The position numbers and the translations under genes were made by a program. Of a DNA stretch of 64,000 bases, positions 16,545 through 25,570 are shown piece by piece. Under the pieces are notes generated by a model. The model had not been told where the DNA came from. It saw only the letters and a program-made list of their open reading frames with translations, and searched no databases. The stretch is from an uncultured Myxococcales bacterium (lineage in GTDB: Bacteria; Myxococcota_A; SURF-8; CAYNVS01), in assembly GCA_964400725.1 (NCBI GenBank), contig CAYNVS010000005.1:8632-72631 (forward strand), in the 5' to 3' direction. Each line of letters opens with the position of its first letter. Within the stretch, counting starts at the first letter, position 1.

Positions 16545-18746
16545 TTATAACCCCGCCCTCGCTACCTTTATAACGCCGCGCACTCGCCGCAGGGCCGCAA
16601 CAAGCTTCTCAAGCTCGGCTACGCCGTTTACGTGCGCGGTAAAAATCATCGTGGCGGCGGCGTCAACGGTTTGCAAGTCGGCGGCGACAATGTTTACGCT
16701 CATTTTCCTAAAAACCTCGCCAATGGCCGAAAGCATTCCGGGCTTGTCCGCCGTGGTTACGCGCAGCCGAACGCGCATCGCGCCCCCTTGGCCCGCCCAC
16801 TTCGCGCTGACAAGCCGGTCGGGTTCGTTGCGCGGAACGCGGTCGCAGTCCCGGCGATGCACGGTTACCCCGCGCCCGCGGGTTATATAGCCGATTATTT
16901 CGTCCCCTACTATCGGAGAGCAGCAGCGCGCGTAATTTACCAACATGCCGCCAACCCCTTCGATTATCACGTCCCCCTTCAGTTTGCCGGCGCTCGCGGG
17001 CATCTGCGCGGGCTCGACGTCCTGCGCGTTCACCAAATCTTCAATGCGCTCCTCAACCGCGACGAAGACTTCGCGTTCCGGCAGCAACATTTTTACCAAA
17101 GAAGACGCGGTCAGCGTTCCGCGGCCCAGACACAAATATAAGTCGTCAATCGTCCGTTTGTTGGTTTTTTCCAACATTTGAGCCACCGCGGTCTGGTCTT
17201 TTAGCGCCTTTGAGAGGCTCGTATCCTTTTCCTTCAGCGCCTTTTCCAGCAGCTCGCGCCCCAGCTCTTTGTCCGCCTCGCGCCGCTCTTCGGTGAGAAA
17301 GTGCTTTATTTTGGCCTTGGCGCGCTCGGTTTTGACTATATTTAGCCAGTCCTTCGACGGTTTCCCCTTCGGGTGAGTGATTATCTCGACGGTGTCGCCG
17401 TTCTTCAACGCGGCGTCTATCGTGCTTATGCGCCCGCCGATTTTCACCCCCACGCACCTGTCGCCGACGCTGGAGTGAATCGCGTAAGCGAAGTCGAGAG
17501 CCACGGCGCCCTTCGGCAGCTCGCGGACGTCTCCTTTGGGAGTAAAGACGAACACCTCGTCGTCGAACATGTCGGTGTGCAGCGCGTCGAGCAGCGCCGG
17601 ATCGGACAAGTCCTTGCCCGCGGCTATGGCTTCGTGCAGAGAGCCGTAGCTCTTTACCCCGTCGGCTTTTACCTTTCCTTCTTTATAAATCCAGTGCGCC
17701 GCTACGCCGTGCTCCGCGATTTCGTGCATTTCGCGGGTGCGGATTTGTATCTCTATCCGCTCGGCGTTTGGGCCGATGACCGCCGTATGCAGCGATTGAT
17801 AGCCGTTAGGCTTGGGCGCGGCTATATAGTCGTCGAACTGCCCCGGTATAGGGCGGTAGGCGGAGTGAACCATGCCTAGAACCTGGTAGCATTCGTGTTT
17901 TTCTTCCACGATGACGCGAAAGGCGGTAATATCGTAAAGTTCGTCAAAGTCCAGCTTGCGGCGTTCCAGTTTTTTTTGAATCGACCAGAAATGTTTCGGT
18001 CTGCCCGAAATTTGTCCTTTTATTCCCGCATCTGCGAGCAGTTTTGAAAGCTCTTCCTTAACGTTGGATATGTATTCCTCGCGGGCGCTTCTTTTAAGGG
18101 CGACGAGGCTTTTAAGCTCGTTGTAACGCTCCGGCTCTAAAAATCGAAACGCTAAATCCTCCAGCTCGCTTTTTATGGAATAAACTCCCAAACGATTTGC
18201 GAGCGGCGCGTATATCTCTATGGTTTCCTTGGCTATTTGCAGCCTCACGTCCGGTTCGAGGTATTGCAGCGTGCGCATGGAGTCGAGCCTGTCGGCGAGT
18301 TTGATAAGCAGAACGCGTATGTCTTTTGCGAGCGTGAGCACGAGGCGTCGGAAGCTCTCCGGCTGGTTTGAGCCGCCGTGGCGGTAGCTGTACTTGCTTA
18401 TCCTCGCCGCGCCCGCCACTATCTCGGCCGTTTTAGAACGAACTTCCGGCAGGGACGCGATTTCTTCCAAGGTAGTTTTTTCCTCCTCAAACGGCGCAAG
18501 CAGCAGCGCGCCTTGAAGAGACGACAAATCGAGCTTCAGCTCCGACAGCGACAACGCCATTCCAAGCGGGTGAACGACGAACGGATCGCCGGATGCGCGC
18601 TTCAAACCCTCAAGTTTATTGTGAGAAAATTCAATCGCCGCCGAGAGCATGAGCATCTCGTCCGGTTTGAGATAAGCGCCGGCGTTTTCAATTAGAGCAA
18701 ACTTAAGCTGCTCCGCCGTCGCTCTTTTTATGTCCGAAATCGACAT
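16545..18746 (-). CDS. relA: RelA/SpoT-family (p)ppGpp synthetase with degenerate HD hydrolase motif
   Basis: Synthetase motifs LYDITAFRVIV and YQSLHT, with TGS and ACT C-terminal domains. The hydrolase HD dyad is replaced (FVVHPLGMA...LLLAPFEEE instead of LLHDvvEDT). 733 aa. Confidence 0.85.
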   Translation of the reverse strand: MSISDIKRATAEQLKFALIENAGAYLKPDEMLMLSAAIEFSHNKLEGLKRASGDPFVVHPLGMALSLSELKLDLSSLQGALLLAPFEEEKTTLEEIASLPEVRSKTAEIVAGAARISKYSYRHGGSNQPESFRRLVLTLAKDIRVLLIKLADRLDSMRTLQYLEPDVRLQIAKETIEIYAPLANRLGVYSIKSELEDLAFRFLEPERYNELKSLVALKRSAREEYISNVKEELSKLLADAGIKGQISGRPKHFWSIQKKLERRKLDFDELYDITAFRVIVEEKHECYQVLGMVHSAYRPIPGQFDDYIAAPKPNGYQSLHTAVIGPNAERIEIQIRTREMHEIAEHGVAAHWIYKEGKVKADGVKSYGSLHEAIAAGKDLSDPALLDALHTDMFDDEVFVFTPKGDVRELPKGAVALDFAYAIHSSVGDRCVGVKIGGRISTIDAALKNGDTVEIITHPKGKPSKDWLNIVKTERAKAKIKHFLTEERREADKELGRELLEKALKEKDTSLSKALKDQTAVAQMLEKTNKRTIDDLYLCLGRGTLTASSLVKMLLPEREVFVAVEERIEDLVNAQDVEPAQMPASAGKLKGDVIIEGVGGMLVNYARCCSPIVGDEIIGYITRGRGVTVHRRDCDRVPRNEPDRLVSAKWAGQGGAMRVRLRVTTADKPGMLSAIGEVFRKMSVNIVAADLQTVDAAATMIFTAHVNGVAELEKLVAALRRVRGVIKVARAGL

Positions 18747-18797
18747 GCGCCGCCTTGCAACTTCCTGAATAAAAGCGGCTTTTTAACCGCGGTTTCG

Positions 18798-20510
18798 TCA
18801 GTCGGCGAGCAGCTTTTTAAGGCTGGTGAGAATATTCAAAGGCGTAAAATCCTTGGCGCGCTCGCTCTTTTCAATAATGTAGGTAATTATCTCTTTGGTT
18901 TTGTCAAGAGAATCGTTGATGACTATGTAATCGAACTTAGCGTACTGCCTAATTTCGGCCTTAGCGATGGAAAGCCTTCTCTCAATCTCTTTGGGGTCGT
19001 CGGTTTTGCGCTCGCGCAGGCGGCGGGCGAGCTCTTCGTACGAAGGCGGCAGGATGAAAATAAGCTCCGCGTTGGGGAAGCGCTTGCGTATCCCGTCGGC
19101 GCCCTGAACGTCTATGTCCAGCACGGCGTTTTTACCGGCGTTGAGTATATCGTTGACCGACCGCCAAGAAGTTCCGTAATAGTGAAGCCCGTACACGAAC
19201 GCGTGCTCCGCAAATTCGTCGTTCTCGACCATTTTTTTAAAGGTCGTCTCGTCGACAAAGTGATACTCCCGTCCGTTTTGCTCGTTGCCGCGCGGCTTGC
19301 GCGTGGTGTGGCTTATCGAAAGCGAGAAATCGGGAAATCGCTCAACGATGAAGTTGCAAATTGTGGACTTCCCCGCGCCCGACGGGGCGGATACGACTAG
19401 AACTCGCGGAGGGGGAAGTTTATCGTCAATGGTAAAGTCATCTGAGTTGGACTCGTGTGAAATTTTATTTGCAATGTTAGAATCATCTTGATCAATCATC
19501 GAAGGCTCTTCATCCTGACTAGGAAGATATTTTAACAAATTATAGATTTCTTTATGTTCTCTGGGCATGCAAGATCGGGAGTCGTTACAGATATAAGGCT
19601 CAATAATCCCAAGCTCAGAAGGAAGTTGGTCTCTAATTTTTCTTAAATCATTTTGAAATTCTTCATCCTTGATTTGCATTGGATCTGGGTTTCGCCATTT
19701 AAAAAGTTTCACATTTAACTCTGTTTCCCAATGATTTGGTCTAATGGGATTAGAGTAAGTGACCCAAATAATAGGATAAGGGAAATCATTCCAAACTCCT
19801 TTAAGTTTTTCATAGCCAACAATTTTACCTTTAATAGCACAGGGAATACTTTTTTCACCAAGTAATTGAGCTAAATCTAGAGAGATTACCATTAATTCCG
19901 TATAAGAATATTTTGAAATCCTAAAGCCTATGTCAATTTCTGGGCCAATATAATCAATAACTTTATTTTCGCCTTCATTGCCGGCACTTAATGATAACTC
20001 AATTTCTCGATTTCTAATTGGAAAACCTGCTGTCCAGCCCGCACCTTTTAGCCGCAAACTTGGTTTGGAAATACCCTCAATAGTTTTTAAAAAACATTCA
20101 GTAATATTTGTTATCTCTTCACGGTTGTCTACAGCGTAGGTGTAAAGTAACTCATCGCCCAATATTTTCCAGATCCTTCCTTTTTCAAGCAATTTTTTTT
20201 CTGTTTTTCTAAGATGTTGTTTAAACTGACTATTAAACTGCTTAAAAGTTGTTTCTATGACAGTTTGCCAATTATAAGTCTCTTTGGTGATGTTTGCTAA
20301 TATATGTCCTATACCACTTTTATTATCTAAATTTTTATATAAACAATCGCTTGGAGATATATTGTTCGCCTCTAGGTAGGATAGGACAATGTCTTTCCTT
20401 TCCTTATATATTTTTAGAAGGCGTTCATGGTTAAATACGGATTTTAAAGCGGTCGAATTTTCTATATCAACACTTAGAAACAGCCTAAATGTCGGTTTTA
20501 AAGCTTGCAT
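18798..20510 (-). CDS. gmk: chimeric protein: novel low-GC N-terminal region (aa 1-370, weak nucleotidyl-cyclase-like D...GD...R motifs) fused to guanylate kinase (aa 375-570)
   Basis: C-terminus VLVVSAPSGAGKSTICNF...HTTRKPRGNEQNGREYHFV...YGTSW...LDIDVQG is canonical Gmk encoded in GC-rich DNA. The N-terminal ~1.1 kb is conspicuously AT-rich and encodes FRLFLSVDIENSTAL...WKILGDELLYTYAV...IDYIGPEIDIGFRISKYS. It is one continuous ORF. Confidence 0.7.
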   Translation of the reverse strand: MQALKPTFRLFLSVDIENSTALKSVFNHERLLKIYKERKDIVLSYLEANNISPSDCLYKNLDNKSGIGHILANITKETYNWQTVIETTFKQFNSQFKQHLRKTEKKLLEKGRIWKILGDELLYTYAVDNREEITNITECFLKTIEGISKPSLRLKGAGWTAGFPIRNREIELSLSAGNEGENKVIDYIGPEIDIGFRISKYSYTELMVISLDLAQLLGEKSIPCAIKGKIVGYEKLKGVWNDFPYPIIWVTYSNPIRPNHWETELNVKLFKWRNPDPMQIKDEEFQNDLRKIRDQLPSELGIIEPYICNDSRSCMPREHKEIYNLLKYLPSQDEEPSMIDQDDSNIANKISHESNSDDFTIDDKLPPPRVLVVSAPSGAGKSTICNFIVERFPDFSLSISHTTRKPRGNEQNGREYHFVDETTFKKMVENDEFAEHAFVYGLHYYGTSWRSVNDILNAGKNAVLDIDVQGADGIRKRFPNAELIFILPPSYEELARRLRERKTDDPKEIERRLSIAKAEIRQYAKFDYIVINDSLDKTKEIITYIIEKSERAKDFTPLNILTSLKKLLAD

Positions 20511-20518
20511 TATCGGGG

Positions 20519-21040
20519 TTAATCGTTAAAAAGTGTTTTTGATCTTATTTCTATTGCATGGACAGAAACCCTAAAAAATGAGGACAGCAAACTTTTATCC
20601 GCAGAAAGTTCTTTGTATTTTTTTTCAAAAACAATTTTAGGCATCAAAAAGGCAGCGGCGAATCTGTTAGCTTGCCATTCCTCTTTATTTGATCCTTGCC
20701 GATAGAATGTTATTGGTTCTTCTTCGCCTGTTTGAGCGTCATAATGTAAAAAATAATGACCTAACTCATGCGCAATGGTAAAATTATCTCTTAGAGAAGT
20801 ATCAAAAGGGACTAATAAAATCGAGAAATCGTTTTTCTTTCGAATAATTAATGACGCCGGAGAAAAAATATTATCCGACAAAGACTCAATCTTTCCACCG
20901 AGAAGATTTACAACAGTATTTAGAAATGGTCTAACCTCATCTTCATACTTATTCGCATCTTTTTCAAAATGCATTCTAGCTTTGCCAGCTAAAGCCTCTA
21001 TTTTTTCATTACTGAAAAAAAGTAGTTTTTTTCTACCCAT
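20519..21040 (-). CDS. ImmA/IrrE-family (DUF955) zinc metallopeptidase
   Basis: HEXXH-type signature FTIAHELGHYFLHYDAQ. Start set at the second ATG (MGRKKLLFF), which is preceded by GAGAGGAGAG. Low-GC gene 8 nt upstream of the chimeric gmk gene. Confidence 0.65.
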   Translation of the reverse strand: MGRKKLLFFSNEKIEALAGKARMHFEKDANKYEDEVRPFLNTVVNLLGGKIESLSDNIFSPASLIIRKKNDFSILLVPFDTSLRDNFTIAHELGHYFLHYDAQTGEEEPITFYRQGSNKEEWQANRFAAAFLMPKIVFEKKYKELSADKSLLSSFFRVSVHAIEIRSKTLFND

Positions 21041-21170
21041 ATTAGCTCTCCTCTCAACAAACACACAATAATATTAAAAAGCTTAACCAGCTTCTTGTCA
21101 AGCGATATTATAAAATTATAACAAATTAAATAATATTAAGCCAATATTAAGGCTTGTTTAACAAGATAAA

Positions 21171-22793
21171 TTACTTGATATTCCACGTTTTCCAATCTCC
21201 GGGGGGCGGCATGACCGGATTTTCCTTGAAAGCCCTTACCACCGCCTCGAAGACGGTAACGCCCATGTCTATCGACGGGCTCTTTTTCAGCATGTAATAT
21301 CCGTCGCCGCCGTTAGCCAAAAAAGTTATGGTTGCGACGGAGTACGTTTTATCGACCTCCAGCGGACGGCCTCCTATCATCACGCGGTAAATTTTGCCGT
21401 CTTTTGCGTAAACGCGCGCCCCCGCAAGCTGCAAAAAGCCTCCTTTGAGCTTCGCTTCCTTGTCGAGCCTCGAAAGGGACTCCGAAAGTATCATCAGCAG
21501 TTTGTCGCCGGTCATTTCAAGCCGCAGTATTTGGTTGGGAAAAGGCAGCGCGGAAACGATGTCGAGGTAACGCACGTCTCCTTTTTCAATCGGAGCGCGA
21601 ATCGCTCCGGAATTTATAAACCCGACGTCCGCCTTCCCTTCTTTTCTTATTATCTCGGCTATCATGGTTCCCAGCTCGAAACTTCCCGCCTCGCCGCCGT
21701 GATCGTAATTTAAAGCAAGGTCTTTCGTCAGCTCGCCCGCCTTTTGCGGCATCGAATTTTTCGCCAGCGAAACGAATTTCTCGACTATTATTTCAACCTG
21801 CGGGTCTTTTTCAATTTTCTCGGTTACAAATATCTCGCGCGCTTCTTCCACGTAAGAAGAGCCGCCTTCAAGAATAATTTTAATCTTTCCAACGATTCCT
21901 CCGTGCGCCTGAGCCTGCGCGACGAATATTCCGCGCCCCTTGGGCGGCGTGATTAGTTTGTGCGTGTGTCCGCCGACAACGCCCAATATGGGAATGGGCG
22001 TATTCGTTTTGGAGAGCTTCTCCGCAAGCGCAAAGTCTTCCTCGTCTCCCATGTGCGAAACGATTAAGACGTAATCGTGAGTCTCCGCAAGCGTAGGCAG
22101 CAAAGAGTCAAGCGTTTCCATCGGATCGGCGAAAGCTAGTCCTTCTACGTTTTTCTCGTCCGTCAACAGCGGCGTCTGAGCGTTGGCAATGCCGACGAGA
22201 GCGATTTTCTTTCCGCCTTTCGTAAAAAAGCTGGCGTAGGGCGCGAAAAGCGGCTTTCGCGTTCCTTCGTATAAAATGTTCGCCGCGATAATCTTAAACT
22301 CCGCGCCGCGAGCGAGCTGTAAAAGGCGCTCCTTGCCGTAATCGAACTCGTGGTTGCCCACGGTCATTACTTCCAGCCCTACCGCGTCCATCGCCTTAAA
22401 TTCCGCCATCCCTTTGGTAAAAAGAGACTGCGGAGTCCCTTGCATAACGTCTCCGGCGGCTATAAAAAGCGCGTCGCATCCCAAAGAATCGGCTTCCGCC
22501 TTCTCTGAGTTGATTACCGTTTTAATGCGGGACGCTCCTCCGCGGTAACTTCCGGCTCCCGCGCCGGTAGGGGTAATATGGCAGTGAAAGTCGTTGATGT
22601 GAAGAATTACAAGACATTGTTTGGAGTTGTCGGAAACTAAAGAAGGAGCCTGCCCGCACGAAAAAAATACCGCCGCCGAAACGGCTATTAAAACAAGCGC
22701 CAACTCAAACGCAAAAAAGTTCGGTTTGCCTCTTTTTATTACGCTTCCGCCCCCAGCCGCCGGCTCGTTCGCCGATAAAAACATTTTATTCAT
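21171..22793 (-). CDS. bifunctional metallophosphatase / 5'-nucleotidase (UshA family), secreted
   Basis: LHINDFHCHI and GNHEFDYG metallophosphoesterase motifs, N-terminal TM/signal segment, and a C-terminal 5'-nucleotidase domain. Confidence 0.85.
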   Translation of the reverse strand: MNKMFLSANEPAAGGGSVIKRGKPNFFAFELALVLIAVSAAVFFSCGQAPSLVSDNSKQCLVILHINDFHCHITPTGAGAGSYRGGASRIKTVINSEKAEADSLGCDALFIAAGDVMQGTPQSLFTKGMAEFKAMDAVGLEVMTVGNHEFDYGKERLLQLARGAEFKIIAANILYEGTRKPLFAPYASFFTKGGKKIALVGIANAQTPLLTDEKNVEGLAFADPMETLDSLLPTLAETHDYVLIVSHMGDEEDFALAEKLSKTNTPIPILGVVGGHTHKLITPPKGRGIFVAQAQAHGGIVGKIKIILEGGSSYVEEAREIFVTEKIEKDPQVEIIVEKFVSLAKNSMPQKAGELTKDLALNYDHGGEAGSFELGTMIAEIIRKEGKADVGFINSGAIRAPIEKGDVRYLDIVSALPFPNQILRLEMTGDKLLMILSESLSRLDKEAKLKGGFLQLAGARVYAKDGKIYRVMIGGRPLEVDKTYSVATITFLANGGDGYYMLKKSPSIDMGVTVFEAVVRAFKENPVMPPPGDWKTWNIK

Positions 22794-22813
22794 CCGCCGC
22801 CGTCAACCCGCGA

Positions 22814-23884
22814 TCAATCGGCCGCCAACGGCCTTTCTTCTTCCATTTTAACCAGCCGCGCCGCCGCAAACCCTTTATCTACCTTAACCTTTCCTCCGCC
22901 GCGTTCCGGCGCGTCGAATAGAACGTCGCTCATAATTTCCTCTATGATGCCGCGAAGGGCGCGCGCTCCCAGCTTTTTTTTATGAGCGTATTCGGCTATT
23001 TCCCAAAGAGCCTCGTCCTCAAACGCAAGCTCTACGTTGTCTCGCGACAGCAGCTCTACGTACTCTTTCACGACGCTGTCAGGCGGGTCTTTTAAAATGC
23101 GGAACAACGCCTCGGCGTTCAAAGCGTCGAGCTCTACCACCACCGGAATGCGCCCCAGAAGCTCCATTATCATTCCGTATTCGGTCAGCTTTTTAACCGT
23201 AAGGCGTCTGACGGTTTTCTCTTTTTTGGCGTTAAAGCCAATCCCGCCTTGGTCCCGGTAATCCCAAACGTCGCTGAAGGTGCCCGCGCAAATGAAGAGA
23301 ATATTTGAGGTATCGACCTGCGTGAAGTCGTGCTTGCTCCAGTGCTGCGTTACGTCCAGCGGGACGAATATTTTCCTCCCTTCAATTATTTTAAGAAGAG
23401 CCTGCTGCACGCCCTCGCCGCCGATGTCGCGCGAGCCCGCGCCGGTGCGCATTCCGCCGTTGCGGCGCGCCAGTTTATCTATTTCGTCTATGAAAATTAC
23501 GCCGCGCTCGCATTCGGCGACGTCCAGTTCGCAGGCGAACAGCAGCTCGCCCACCATGACTTCCACGTCTTTGCCGTAGTAACCCGCCTCGGTGTACTCG
23601 GTGGCGTCGGCGACGGTCATTTTAACGTCAAGTATGCGCGCTATGTGCCTTGCAATGTGCGTCTTGCCGCAGCCGGTAGGCCCGGCTAAAAGAATGTTTG
23701 ACTTGCGAAGAAGCGTGTTCTCGCCCGCCGTTACTGCGTTGACTCGTTTTATATGATTGTAGGCCGCTATTGCAACCGCTTTCTTGGCGTTATCCTGCCC
23801 GACGACGTATTTGTCCAGCTCTTCGTAAATCTGCCGCGGAAAAAGCGGAGGAAGAGATTTTTTTACTTGATGCTTTAAAACCAT
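22814..23884 (-). CDS. clpX: ClpX-like AAA+ unfoldase lacking the N-terminal zinc-binding domain
   Basis: LPPLFPRQIYEELDKYVVGQDNAKKAVAIAAYNHIKR, Walker A GPTGCGKT, pore loop GYYG and IGF loop (GGIGFNA) are all ClpX-like. Starting from MVLKHQ (RBS GAGAGG) there is no C4 zinc finger. Confidence 0.75.
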   Translation of the reverse strand: MVLKHQVKKSLPPLFPRQIYEELDKYVVGQDNAKKAVAIAAYNHIKRVNAVTAGENTLLRKSNILLAGPTGCGKTHIARHIARILDVKMTVADATEYTEAGYYGKDVEVMVGELLFACELDVAECERGVIFIDEIDKLARRNGGMRTGAGSRDIGGEGVQQALLKIIEGRKIFVPLDVTQHWSKHDFTQVDTSNILFICAGTFSDVWDYRDQGGIGFNAKKEKTVRRLTVKKLTEYGMIMELLGRIPVVVELDALNAEALFRILKDPPDSVVKEYVELLSRDNVELAFEDEALWEIAEYAHKKKLGARALRGIIEEIMSDVLFDAPERGGGKVKVDKGFAAARLVKMEEERPLAAD

Positions 23885-23994
23885 ATGCGACCTCTCGGCG
23901 TAAAAAAACAAATTTACAGCCGCAGTTTATATTACTAGACAAAAAATTTAAAGAAATTAGTTTAACGCCGCGGGAAAAGTTGAGAAGGCGGAAA

Positions 23995-24072
23995 TGGAGG
24001 GAACGCTCGGAATTGAACCGAGAACCTTCGGGGCCACAACCCGACGCTCTAACCAGGTTGAGCTACGTTCCC
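23995..24072 (-). tRNA. tRNA-His (anticodon GTG), CCA encoded, no encoded G-1
   Basis: Manual fold: acceptor GGGAACG/CGTTCCC, D-arm GCTC-AACCTGGTTA-GAGC, anticodon stem TCGGG/CCCGA with loop TTGTGGC, variable loop AGGTT, T-arm CTCGG-TTCAATT-CCGAG, discriminator T, then CCA. Confidence 0.8.
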
Positions 24073-24289
24073 TCGGAACAATGTTTATATAGTCCGCGGC
24101 TCTTTCGTGTCAAGAAAATTTTTGATTTTCCCGCGTTCGCGTCCGGCTTATTTTTAGTTTTATTGAGTCAAATAGAAGCGGCGCGGCTTTTGCGTCCAAG
24201 TTTAACGTAAACTATAAACGCTTTCGCGGCAGGGCGCGTTCGCCTCCGAATGCCGCTTTTTCGCTTTCGCTGCCCGCCCAAAGAAAGAA

Positions 24290-24318
24290 AAGACGCCTCA
24301 TTGAGGCGTCTTTTTAAA
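24290..24318 (-). terminator. Rho-independent terminator downstream of cysK (potentially bidirectional)
   Basis: AGACGCCTCattgAGGCGTCT hairpin flanked by T/A runs, 18 nt below the cysK stop. Confidence 0.65.
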
Positions 24319-24335
24319 CGCGCGAAATAGTCCGC

Positions 24336-25304
24336 TTACGCGGTAATTCCCTCGAATAAAATCGTGGAAAGATAACGCTCGCCGGCGTCCGGCAAAATAA
24401 CCACAATCGTTTTGCCCTTGTTTTCGGGCAAGGCGGCAAGCCTTGCCGCAACCGCAGCCGCGGCTCCCGATGAAATGCCCGCCGTGATTCCCTCTTCCTT
24501 GTGCAGTCTTCTCGCAAACTCCACAGCTTCCTCGTTCTCGACGGTTTGAACGTCGTCAACCAAGCTCAAATCGAGGACGTCCGGCTTGAAGCCGGCGCCG
24601 ATGCCCTGAATTTTATGCGGCGAAGGCTTGGGCTCCTCTCCTTTGCGTATCGCCGTCAGCACGGGGGAAAACGCGGGCTCAACAGCGACGGACGCAATAT
24701 TTTTTCCGCGCTCTTTTTTAAAATAGCGCGAAACGCCGGTAATCGTGCCGCCGGTTCCCACTCCGGAAACGAAAATATCGACGTTTCCGTCGGTATCGTT
24801 CCAAATTTCGGGGCCGGTGGTTTTAAAATGAATTTCCGGGTTGGCCGGATTTTTAAACTGCTGCGGAACAAAGTATTTCGCGGGGTCGTTCGCGGCGATT
24901 TCTTCGGCCTTCGCCACCGCCCCTTTCATGCCTTTGGCGCCTTCGGTTAAAACTATTTCAGCGCCGAACGCCTTGAGCATCTTGCGCCGCTCAATCGACA
25001 TCGTTTCGGGCATTGTCAGTATTATGGGGTAATTACGGGCAGCCGCGGCAAAAGCCAAAGCTATGCCGGTGTTGCCGCTGGTCGGCTCGACAATCGTAAC
25101 GCTTCGGCTGCCGGGCTTCAATATTCCGTCCCGCTCCGCGGCCAGCACTAGCGCCGCGCCAAGCCTGCACTTGACCGAATACGCCGGGTTGCGTCCCTCT
25201 ATTTTAGCCAAAACCGTAGCGCCAAGCCCCTGCGTAACGCGGTTTAATCTCACCAGCGGCGTGTTTCCCACGCTCGAAATATTATCCTCGTAAATCCTCG
25301 CCAT
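24336..25304 (-). CDS. cysK: cysteine synthase A (O-acetylserine sulfhydrylase)
   Basis: PLP-dependent fold with [15 protein letters not shown] and the [10 protein letters not shown] glycine loop; 322 aa. Confidence 0.93.
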   Translation of the reverse strand: MARIYEDNISSVGNTPLVRLNRVTQGLGATVLAKIEGRNPAYSVKCRLGAALVLAAERDGILKPGSRSVTIVEPTSGNTGIALAFAAAARNYPIILTMPETMSIERRKMLKAFGAEIVLTEGAKGMKGAVAKAEEIAANDPAKYFVPQQFKNPANPEIHFKTTGPEIWNDTDGNVDIFVSGVGTGGTITGVSRYFKKERGKNIASVAVEPAFSPVLTAIRKGEEPKPSPHKIQGIGAGFKPDVLDLSLVDDVQTVENEEAVEFARRLHKEEGITAGISSGAAAAVAARLAALPENKGKTIVVILPDAGERYLSTILFEGITA

Positions 25305-25570
25305 GTAACTCTCCTTTTCTTAAAAAAATTAAATCGGCTGCCGCGTTTCAAATCGACCGCTCGAATTTACACAATCCCGCCGCGGAGGCGAACCTTTTGG
25401 GGGAAATCGAAAGCAAATAGTTGACTGCAGCCGTAATAAAATTCATAATCAAAACAGAAGCCGGGCAGTCTAGCCAGCAATCGGTAGTAAGCGCTTTTGT
25501 TTTATGTTTTTTAATAAAATACATATCGCTTGCCTTTATTGGTTAAGCGGGTTACAATTTAAATATTATA

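Noticed and set aside
20510-21064. First ATG of the ImmA-like ORF (MFVERRANM, 21064) and of the ClpX-like ORF (MFFYAERSHM, 23911) as true starts
   Set aside because: In both cases the Shine-Dalgarno sequence (GAGAGGAGAG / GAGAGG) lies inside the extension, immediately upstream of the second ATG, so the second ATG was chosen.
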